NCBI GenBank assembly: GCA_019639235.1
Contig: JAHBSG010000003.1
Span: 2,446-66,445 of the forward strand
Length of the DNA stretch: 64,000 nt
From: Acidobacteriota bacterium
GTDB lineage: Bacteria > Acidobacteriota > Blastocatellia > Pyrinomonadales > Pyrinomonadaceae
Direction: 5' to 3'
Under the pieces are notes generated by a model, which worked only from the letters and a program-made list of their open reading frames with translations, searched no databases and had not been told where the DNA came from. Shown piece after piece: positions 56,345 through 64,000 of this stretch; positions within the stretch are counted from its first letter, which is position 1, and each line of letters starts with the position of its first letter. The position numbers and the translations under genes are program-made.

Positions 56345-59300
56345 ATGTCCAATTGGCACGTCGGACAACTTAAGTTCGCACTCGGGCTTGGCTCGATAAT
56401 GTCGTTCTATGGCGTCGTCACGTTCATCGTGATGATGATGCCCGAGGGCAGCGTCGGACGTAACCAGAAGATCGTCGTGATTGTTCTCGTACTGCTCACG
56501 ATGCCGTTCACGCTGTTGGGCGGATACCTAGCAGCCCGACGTTCACGAAAAAAAGAGGAAAAAGCAAAGGCAGAAGCCGAGGCAAAAGCCGGTGAAGGCC
56601 AGCAGGCCGCTCAACCAGCGGCCGGAACGGCAGCATCGGCAGTCGCCGCAGATGCAACCGCTCTCGCGGGCCTCGAAGAGGTCGTTCAGTTCATTAAGAC
56701 GTCAAATCTTGGCAGCGGCGGCAAGGACGCGATCTACTCACTTCCATGGTATCTCGTCGCTGGTGCCCCAAAGGCCGGCAAGAGTTCGCTTGTAATTGGC
56801 TCGAACCTCAATTTCCAGAACCTTCCGAGCCAGCGGCAATCTGAGCTCAAGATCGTCCGCCCGACACCTAACGTGGATTGGCGCGTCACCAGCGAAGGCG
56901 TCTTCATCGACACAGCCGGTCGTTATGGTAGCGAGGGTATTGATGGCGAAGAGTGGGCCGCCCTGCTTGAGGCCATTCGCAAATATCGCCCAAACCGGCC
57001 GATCGACGGCTTTATCCTGACCGTTGATGTAAACACCATCACCAAAGGCGACGAGCGGCAGAACGAAGAGCACGCAAAGGTGCTCCGGGCAAGGCTCGAC
57101 GATACGCTACAACGGCTAAAGGTGAAGTTCCCGGTCTATCTGGTCTTTACGCAGGCCGATTCGATCGAAGGCTTCCGCGATTCGTTCTCCGCCTCAAAGA
57201 AAGAGGACAAGACGCTCGTTTGGGGTGCGACGATCCCAATCGAGAAAAGCGAAAACGCACAAGCGTCCTTCGACAGCGAGTTCGAAGTGCTGCAGGATGC
57301 CGTAATGCGGCGGCGGCTCTCACGGCTTTCGGCACCGTTTCCGGCCGTCCGCCAGTTGAGGATCTTCAACTTCCCGCTCCATTTCGGTGCGGCCCGTCGG
57401 AAATTCGGTTCGTTCGTCAATGCCCTTTTCCGGCCGAACCCGTTCAGCGAGAATCCGTTCTTCCGCGGCTTTTATTTCACATCGGCACCGGGAACAAAGG
57501 GCAGTGGCAACGTCCCCGTCACCGTAGGTAATACTTATTTCACCGAGCGTCTCTTCAAGGACGTCATACTCCGCGACCGCGACGTCGTACGAACCTTTCA
57601 GGCTCAGCAGCAGCGGGCCCCGATCTTCGGTTGGGTGTTGACATTCATCGGAGCGATGATCGTCCTCGGACTGCTTGGGCTGACCGCGGTCTCGCTCGTT
57701 TCGAACAAGCAAATGCTCGACGAAGCGGCGAGCGTCGGCGACAAGGGCCTTGCCCTCCGTCGTGCCGACCTGAACCGCGACATCCTCACCAAGAAAGAGG
57801 ATGAGGTCCGCGAAGAGCTCCGTGTCCTTGAGGGAATGCGGCCGATGCTCGCAACGCTGGACGATAACAACCGCAACGGTGCCCCGCTGTACATGCGGAT
57901 GGGGATGTACTCCGGCAACGGCATTTATCTCCAAAGCTTGTTGCCGCTCTACATGAACCTCGTTGAAAAGAGGTTCAAACAGCCCGCGATCCGTAAGCTC
58001 GAGGCCGAACTCAAGCAGTTTGCCGAGAGCGGCCAGCTCGCCGGCCGCGACGACATCGAACGCGAAGCGAGCCTCAACAAGAATTACAATCTGCTCAAAG
58101 CGTATCTGATGCTTTCGGATGGGTCGCAGCAGATCGACGGAAAGACCGTTCGCTACCGCGAAAAGGCCGAAGCGACGCACATAGCCGCGACGCTCCGTGA
58201 ATACTGGCTAACCGAGTCGAAGGTCCCGAACGATATGAAGGCGACGGCCGAGATGCATCTTGACTTCTGGTCACGACAGATCGACCGTGCCGAAGGGCTC
58301 GGCGAGTTTCCGCGTATCCAGCTCAATGCAAAGCTCGTCGATGAAGCACGGCGAAAACTGCAGGCCTTCCCGGCGGTCAATCGCTATTACAGCAATCAGG
58401 TCAGCCGCATTTCCCGCGAGATCGACGACAAGATCGGCCCGACGACGGTCGAATCGATGGTCGCCCGCGGCGGTGCTGATACGAGCCTGTTGACCGGAAC
58501 TTACCGGGTTCCGGGTGCATTCACCAGGCCCGGTTTTGAACTGATGAAAACGGCCATCGCCGAGGCGGATTCGAAACTCGCCGAAGACGATTGGGTGATG
58601 GGCGAACTCGGCAAGCGCCAGCTTGTTCAGGCTCAGGCGACCGATGCCGCCAAGCTCGAGGACCTCTATTACCGCGATTACGCTGACCACTGGCGAAAAT
58701 TCGTCCGCGGGACGCAGCTCCGATCGTTCGAGAAGCGTTCCGACGCGGTCGATGCCTTCCAGGTGCTCTCCTCGGCCAATTCGCCGCTCAAGCGGATCGT
58801 GATCGAGGTCGAGAACAACACCAATCTTTCGAAAAAGATCGATGGCGGCGGCTGGCTCGACTGGATCTTCAGTTTCTTCTCAAAGAAGAAAGAAGAAGGC
58901 CCGGGCAACACCCAGCCGGAAAAGGAATTCCGCCCCGTGACGACCTTTGTCGGCAAGCCCGAGCAGGGCGAAAATGCCCCGATCGAGAAGTATCAGTCCG
59001 AGCTCCAACGTGTTTATACCAAGCTGAGTACGGTCAATGACGACCAGTTCCGCCGGGCCATTGAGGAAATGGCGAACGAGAAGGATCCGCTCGATGTCAA
59101 TAAGCGCGAGCAGGCCGTCAACGGGCTCGTTTCCGCATTTAACGAAACGCCCGCAGGCCAGGAAGTAGCAACTCTGCTCCAGCAGCCGATCTTGAACCTC
59201 AAGAACCTGCTCGGTGCCGGCGTCAAGCAGCAGATAGAACGGACTTGGCGTGACAGCATTCTGCCCGATGCGAAGGCCCTCGAGGCTCTCTATCCCTTTG

Positions 59301-59941
59301 CCGATGGCCAGCAGGAAGCCGATTTCGAGACCATCTCGCGGTTCCTGAGCCCGACCGAGGGCAAGCTCTCGAAGTTCTATGACGAACGGCTCAAGAACTA
59401 CTTCGAAGAGGTCGGCGGACAGCTCAAGTTGCGTGACACGGCTGACATGCAGTTCACGGACGAATTCGTCGCTTACCTGAACAATGCGTTCGCACTGCGG
59501 CGGGCGTTCTTTGGCTCAAGCCCGACACCTAAGTTCGACTACGAGTTCAGCCTAAAGCCTTCGCCCGACGCTGTCATCGAGGTTTCGATCGACGGCCAGA
59601 AGATCACCTCCGAGGGCACGGGCTCGATCCGCGGAACCTTCCCGGCCGCTCAATCAAGCGAGACGGGCGTCGCGATCAATTTGGTCTCGACCGCCGCGTC
59701 ATCGGCCAACACCTCGACCGGAACTACGACCGCCACATCGGCGCCGCCATTTGCTGGCAAGTGGGGACTCTTCCGGTTCGTTGAGGCCTCGAAGCCGCAG
59801 AAACAGGCCAGCGGCGAATACCTGTTGAGCATTTCGGCCGGCGGCAAGTCGATCGGGGCGACGATCAAATCGAGCAGCGGCGACCTGTTCGACAAGCAAA
59901 CATTCCAGAAGGTCAAAGCTCCTGACAAGGCTTTGAAATAG
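56345..59941 (+). CDS. tssM: Type VI secretion membrane protein TssM (IcmF family)
   Basis: 1198 aa. Two N-terminal TM, P-loop 'GAPKAGKSS', third TM around 'IFGWVLTFIGAMIVLGLLGL', large C-terminal periplasmic part. Confidence 0.9.
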   Translation: MSNWHVGQLKFALGLGSIMSFYGVVTFIVMMMPEGSVGRNQKIVVIVLVLLTMPFTLLGGYLAARRSRKKEEKAKAEAEAKAGEGQQAAQPAAGTAASAVAADATALAGLEEVVQFIKTSNLGSGGKDAIYSLPWYLVAGAPKAGKSSLVIGSNLNFQNLPSQRQSELKIVRPTPNVDWRVTSEGVFIDTAGRYGSEGIDGEEWAALLEAIRKYRPNRPIDGFILTVDVNTITKGDERQNEEHAKVLRARLDDTLQRLKVKFPVYLVFTQADSIEGFRDSFSASKKEDKTLVWGATIPIEKSENAQASFDSEFEVLQDAVMRRRLSRLSAPFPAVRQLRIFNFPLHFGAARRKFGSFVNALFRPNPFSENPFFRGFYFTSAPGTKGSGNVPVTVGNTYFTERLFKDVILRDRDVVRTFQAQQQRAPIFGWVLTFIGAMIVLGLLGLTAVSLVSNKQMLDEAASVGDKGLALRRADLNRDILTKKEDEVREELRVLEGMRPMLATLDDNNRNGAPLYMRMGMYSGNGIYLQSLLPLYMNLVEKRFKQPAIRKLEAELKQFAESGQLAGRDDIEREASLNKNYNLLKAYLMLSDGSQQIDGKTVRYREKAEATHIAATLREYWLTESKVPNDMKATAEMHLDFWSRQIDRAEGLGEFPRIQLNAKLVDEARRKLQAFPAVNRYYSNQVSRISREIDDKIGPTTVESMVARGGADTSLLTGTYRVPGAFTRPGFELMKTAIAEADSKLAEDDWVMGELGKRQLVQAQATDAAKLEDLYYRDYADHWRKFVRGTQLRSFEKRSDAVDAFQVLSSANSPLKRIVIEVENNTNLSKKIDGGGWLDWIFSFFSKKKEEGPGNTQPEKEFRPVTTFVGKPEQGENAPIEKYQSELQRVYTKLSTVNDDQFRRAIEEMANEKDPLDVNKREQAVNGLVSAFNETPAGQEVATLLQQPILNLKNLLGAGVKQQIERTWRDSILPDAKALEALYPFADGQQEADFETISRFLSPTEGKLSKFYDERLKNYFEEVGGQLKLRDTADMQFTDEFVAYLNNAFALRRAFFGSSPTPKFDYEFSLKPSPDAVIEVSIDGQKITSEGTGSIRGTFPAAQSSETGVAINLVSTAASSANTSTGTTTATSAPPFAGKWGLFRFVEASKPQKQASGEYLLSISAGGKSIGATIKSSSGDLFDKQTFQKVKAPDKALK

Positions 59942-59985
59942 CGGTAGACAGGCCGGAACAGGAATCTCCGGCCGGAGGAAAGAAG

Positions 59986-60795
59986 ATGAACGACGCAAAA
60001 CTAGCATTGGACAAGGGCGACCTGAAATCAGCTGTCGAATCGGCGATCAATTTGGTTCGGACAAACCCGACCGACGCCGCGGCCCGGATTTTCCTGTTCG
60101 AACTTTCCTGCTTCTCCGGCGACTGGGAACGGGCCGAAAAGCAGCTTGATTTCATCGGCCACCAGGACACGGCAGCGATGATCGGCTCAAAGATCTACCA
60201 GCAGAATTTCAAGGCGGAACGCGACCGCCTGAAGTATTTCTCCGATGGCCTGAAGCCCGAGACGATGACGGCGGTGCCGCCCTACGTCACAGAACTGATG
60301 GATGCCAACAACCGCGTCCGCGAAGGCAATGTGGCCGAAGCTCGAGTGATCCTCGACCGTGTCGAAGAAACACGGCCCGCCTTCAGGTGCTCGGTCAATG
60401 GCGAAGGCTTTTCGGATTTCCGCGACTATAACGACCTCACGATGTGCGTCTTCGAGGTGATCCACAAGGACGCCTATATCTGGCTGCCGATGGACCAGAT
60501 CATCAAGATCGAGTTCCCGAAACCCGGCACGCTCCGCGATCTTTACTGGATCCAGGCGAACATCGAGCTCAAGAACGGCACCGGCGGCGAAATGTTCGTC
60601 CCGGCTCTCTATGCCGGCACGTGGAAGAGCGAGAACGACCAGGTCCGGCTCGGCCGCATGACCGATTGGCGCGACCTCGGCGACGACCTTTTCCAGGGCG
60701 AAGGAACCAAGCTTTTCTGGATGGACGGCCGGGATAAGTCGATCCTGGATATCCAGACGATCGAGTTCCATCATGAGGCAGCTGCCGAAGCGTAG
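59986..60795 (+). CDS. tagJ: Type VI secretion accessory protein TagJ (ImpE family)
   Basis: 'NPTDAAARIFLFELSCFSGDWERAEKQLD' closely resembles the ImpE/TagJ N-terminus. Confidence 0.85.
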   Translation: MNDAKLALDKGDLKSAVESAINLVRTNPTDAAARIFLFELSCFSGDWERAEKQLDFIGHQDTAAMIGSKIYQQNFKAERDRLKYFSDGLKPETMTAVPPYVTELMDANNRVREGNVAEARVILDRVEETRPAFRCSVNGEGFSDFRDYNDLTMCVFEVIHKDAYIWLPMDQIIKIEFPKPGTLRDLYWIQANIELKNGTGGEMFVPALYAGTWKSENDQVRLGRMTDWRDLGDDLFQGEGTKLFWMDGRDKSILDIQTIEFHHEAAAEA

Positions 60796-60915
60796 CGGAT
60801 TTTTTGCTCGCTTTTGTTTCTGTAATTCGCGTGTTTCGTATATGATGTGTGCGTAAAAGCACCAGGTGATACCAAATTTTGATGACGCATCCGATGCGTC
60901 CGGGGATAATTTTCG

Positions 60916-62061
60916 ATGAGCGAAGAGCTGCGAAAACCTAGTGTGATCGATCTTGAGGCGTTGCTTTCACCTATTTCTGAAGAAGCTCCGTCAGGCGAAA
61001 GCCTGCGCTACTCGGGGCTTTACGATGAGGTTGCCGAGGCCCGCCGGGCCGATGACAACCTGAACCTCGGTGAATGGCAGACCGAACTCAAGGTCGCCGA
61101 TTACCGCAAGGTGAAGGACCTCGTCATTCCCGCCCTCTCGACCCAGACCAAAGACCTTCAGCTTGCCGTGTGGCTCTGCGAGGCTCTCGTCAAACAGGAC
61201 GGCTTCGTTGGCCTCCGCGACGGACTCGACCTGTTGCGGCTGCTGCATGAGCATTTTTGGGAATCGATCCATCCCGAAATAGATGAAGGCGATATGGAAG
61301 GCCGGGCGAACGCCATTTCCTGGTTCGAATCGACCTGCGGACTCGCTATCAAGGGTGCTAAGGTCACGGGAAGTGCCGGCTATAGTTACATCGATTGGGA
61401 AGATTCGAAGGTTTTCGATATTCCCGAGGGCCTCGAAAGCTTCAGCACCGAAGATCAGGTCAAGTACAACCAACTCCGCGAACAGGCCGAGCGCGAACGC
61501 CGTGTAACGGCAGACATGTGGCGGAAGGAATGGGCCGCGACCCGCCGAGCATTCGCCGAAGAGGTCAATTTTGTCATTAAAGAGTGCTTCGAAAGCCTCA
61601 AGGCCCTGATCACGGTCGTTGATGACAAATACGACCGCAATCAGGTCCCGAGCCTTCTCAACCTTAAGAAATCGCTCGACGATATCGAACTTCTCATCAA
61701 GAAGCTTCTCGAAGAAAAGCGAGCCGAGGAGCCGGACGAGAGCGATGAGGCCGAGGGGACCGAGATCGTCAACGAAGACGGAACGGTTACCGTTGTCGCC
61801 GGTGCGGCCGTCCCGGCAGGTGCTATCCAGAACCGCCGCGATGCTCTCAAACGCCTCGACGAGATCGCCGAGTTTTTCCGCAAGACCGAGCCGCACAGCC
61901 CGGTCGCCTATCTCGTCCAGCGTGCCGTCAAATGGGGTCATATGCCGCTTGAGAACTGGCTGCAGGACGTCATCAAGGATGAGACGATCCTTTACCAGCT
62001 CCGGCAAACGCTCGGGTTCAATACGTCGCAGCAGGGCTCCGAGGACCAGACGTCGGTATAG
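60916..62061 (+). CDS. tssA: Type VI secretion protein TssA (ImpA_N domain, short form)
   Basis: 'SPISEEAPSGESLRYSGLYDEVAEARRADD...TKDLQLAVWLCEALVKQDGFVGL'. Confidence 0.9.
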   Translation: MSEELRKPSVIDLEALLSPISEEAPSGESLRYSGLYDEVAEARRADDNLNLGEWQTELKVADYRKVKDLVIPALSTQTKDLQLAVWLCEALVKQDGFVGLRDGLDLLRLLHEHFWESIHPEIDEGDMEGRANAISWFESTCGLAIKGAKVTGSAGYSYIDWEDSKVFDIPEGLESFSTEDQVKYNQLREQAERERRVTADMWRKEWAATRRAFAEEVNFVIKECFESLKALITVVDDKYDRNQVPSLLNLKKSLDDIELLIKKLLEEKRAEEPDESDEAEGTEIVNEDGTVTVVAGAAVPAGAIQNRRDALKRLDEIAEFFRKTEPHSPVAYLVQRAVKWGHMPLENWLQDVIKDETILYQLRQTLGFNTSQQGSEDQTSV

Positions 62062-62127
62062 AGATCCGACGAAACAAAAGTATTTTTCGCTCCCATGGTT
62101 ATTTTTAGATAAGGAGAACAAACGCCA

Positions 62128-62643
62128 ATGCCAACAAAAGAAAGTCTGCAACACAAGATCGACCGCGTCCGACCGCCGCGTGTACAGATCACTTACGATG
62201 TCGAGGTCGGCGGAGCGATCGAACTGAAGGAGCTTCCGTTCGTCATCGGCGTTATGGGCGATTTCAGCGGCAAACCGGAAGAGCCGCTCCCGGCCTTCAA
62301 GAACCGGAAGTTCGTTGAGATCGACCCCGACAACTTCAACCAGGTCCTGGCCGGTATGACACCGCGGCTCGCCTACACCGTGGACAACAAACTGCAGGAT
62401 GACGGAAGCAAGATGGGCGTTGAACTTAAGTTCAACAACATCGAGGATTTTGAGCCGGACAACATCGTCCAGCAGGTCGATCCGCTTCGCAAGCTCGTCG
62501 AGGCCCGGCAGAAACTCGCCGACCTTCGTTCAAAGATGGACGGAAACGAGAAGCTCGAGGGCATGCTTGAGGAGATCATTGCTGATGCCGGAAAACAGAA
62601 AGAGTTGAGCGACCAGCTCGGACTTGGGGCGAAGGAGGAATAG
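62128..62643 (+). CDS. tssB: Type VI secretion sheath small subunit TssB
   Basis: 'RVQITYDVEVGGAIELKELPFVIGVMGDFSG'. Shine-Dalgarno 'AAGGAGA' lies upstream. Confidence 0.95.
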   Translation: MPTKESLQHKIDRVRPPRVQITYDVEVGGAIELKELPFVIGVMGDFSGKPEEPLPAFKNRKFVEIDPDNFNQVLAGMTPRLAYTVDNKLQDDGSKMGVELKFNNIEDFEPDNIVQQVDPLRKLVEARQKLADLRSKMDGNEKLEGMLEEIIADAGKQKELSDQLGLGAKEE

Positions 62644-62649
62644 TAGATT

Positions 62650-64000
62650 ATGGCAGCCAAGAAACAAGAAGAAGCCGCCGTGCAAACGGTGGAAACCGCC
62701 GAGGAAGGCGGACTGCTTGACAAGATCTTGACAGAGGGCCGGATGGCCCGTGACGACTTCCAGAAAGAGCGTGCCAAGGACATGATCTCGGAATTCGTCA
62801 ATCAGGTAATGTCCGGCGAATTGACGATGACCAAGAACATGGACGTCGCCATCAATTCGCGTATCGCCGAGATCGACCGCCTGATCTCGGCACAGATGAA
62901 CGAGATCATGCACCATGAGGACTTCCAGAAATTGGAAGGATCTTGGCGTGGCCTCCATCACCTGGTCAAGAATACGCTTACCGGGCCGCAGCTTAAGATC
63001 CGCGTCATGAGCGTGACGAAGAAGGACCTGCTCAAGGACTTCGAACGGGCCCTTGAGTTCGACCAGTCAACGCTCTTCCGCAAGATCTACGAAGAAGAAT
63101 ACGGCACCTTCGGCGGTGCTCCGTATGGTGCCCTGATCGGCGATTTCGAGTTCGGCAACCATCCGCAGGATATGGCCCTTCTCGAAAAGCTCTCCGAGGT
63201 CGCCGCGGCCGCCCACGCGCCGTTCCTGAGTGCCGCTTCGGCCGACATGTTCGGCTGGGACACTTTCTCGGAAATGACCGAGGTCCGCGACATCACGAAG
63301 ATCTTCGACCGGGCCGAGTATATGAAGTGGCGGAGCTTCCGCGAGTCGGAAGATTCACGCTACGTTGGCCTTACGCTTCCTCACGTTCTTATGCGCGAGC
63401 CCTACGGTGCGGCGACCAAGCCGACCGAGAGCTTCCGCTTTGAAGAGAACGTGGATGGCACTGACCACAAGAAATACCTCTGGGGCAATGCCGCTTATGC
63501 TCTCGGCACGCGGCTGACCGAGGCCTTCTCGATGCACGGCTGGTGCGTCGCTATCCGCGGCGTTGAGGGCGGCGGCCTTGTTCAGGGCCTTCCGACCCAC
63601 ACCTTCCAGACCGACGAGGGCGAGGTCGCGATGAAGTGCCCGACCGAGGTGGCGATCACGGACCGCCGCGAGAAGGAGTTCTCGGACAACGGCTTCATTC
63701 CGCTGGTCCACTGCAAGGGCACCGACTACGCGGCATTCTTTGCCACGCAGTCTGCCAATAAGGCGAAGAAGTATGATACCGATGCTGCCAATGCCAACGC
63801 ACGGCTTTCCTCGCAGCTGCAGTACATCTTTGCCGTCTCGCGTTTCGCTCATTATCTCAAGTCGATGATGCGCGACAAGATCGGTTCGTTCATGTCGCGG
63901 CAGGAAGCCGAGCGTTTCCTTAACCGCTGGATCACGAAATACGTGCTCGAGAATGACGTGGCACCGGCCGACCAGAAGGCGAAATATCCGCTTCGCGAGG
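62650..64000 (+). CDS. tssC: Type VI secretion sheath large subunit TssC (3' end off-window)
   Basis: ATG at 62650, open to the window end. My own translation gives 'FQKLEGSWRGLHHLV' and 'YGAPYGALIGDFEF', typical of TssC. Absent from the ORF track because there is no stop in the window. Confidence 0.9.
   Translation, partial: MAAKKQEEAAVQTVETAEEGGLLDKILTEGRMARDDFQKERAKDMISEFVNQVMSGELTMTKNMDVAINSRIAEIDRLISAQMNEIMHHEDFQKLEGSWRGLHHLVKNTLTGPQLKIRVMSVTKKDLLKDFERALEFDQSTLFRKIYEEEYGTFGGAPYGALIGDFEFGNHPQDMALLEKLSEVAAAAHAPFLSAASADMFGWDTFSEMTEVRDITKIFDRAEYMKWRSFRESEDSRYVGLTLPHVLMREPYGAATKPTESFRFEENVDGTDHKKYLWGNAAYALGTRLTEAFSMHGWCVAIRGVEGGGLVQGLPTHTFQTDEGEVAMKCPTEVAITDRREKEFSDNGFIPLVHCKGTDYAAFFATQSANKAKKYDTDAANANARLSSQLQYIFAVSRFAHYLKSMMRDKIGSFMSRQEAERFLNRWITKYVLENDVAPADQKAKYPLRE

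Noticed and set aside
1-64000. Scan for tRNA/rRNA/tmRNA-like sequences (T-loop 'GGTTCGAATCC'-type motifs, 16S/23S signatures)
   Set aside because: Only chance partial matches inside coding regions, for example near 43165. No cloverleaf context. No RNA genes called.

Overview
GC-rich bacterial chromosomal window with dense coding. Gene content, such as a carboxypeptidase-regulatory-domain-fused TonB-dependent receptor and many TPR or secreted proteins, suggests Acidobacteriota, but I cannot verify this. I saw no rRNA, tRNA, CRISPR array, transposase or integrase. From left to right: phnD(partial)-phnC-phnE; an MFS transporter; a DUF4118-type histidine kinase with a KdpE-like regulator next to kup; housekeeping genes, including rpmE-DUF1385-prfA followed by a HEPN/MNT toxin-antitoxin pair; a giant TonB-dependent receptor; a Pil-Chp-like chemosensory operon (TPR-REC protein, CheW, two atypical MCPs, hybrid CheA); a roughly 3 kb mostly non-coding region (32.4-35.4 kb); pepP and metabolic genes; and a type VI secretion locus (tssK-tssL-tssM-tagJ-tssA-tssB-tssC, running off the window). 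Two things deserve most attention. (1) Three tandem FHA-TM-periplasmic SLT-like paralogues plus a CxxCxxCC protein sit exactly where T6SS loci normally carry a soluble Fha and the TssJ lipoprotein. (2) The 32.4-35.4 kb region is a mosaic of degenerate 7/8/9-nt micro-arrays, a 25-26 nt box family and an inverted pair of hairpin-rich elements bracketing an AT-rich cargo gene. All functional calls rest on motifs read by eye; no database searches were run.
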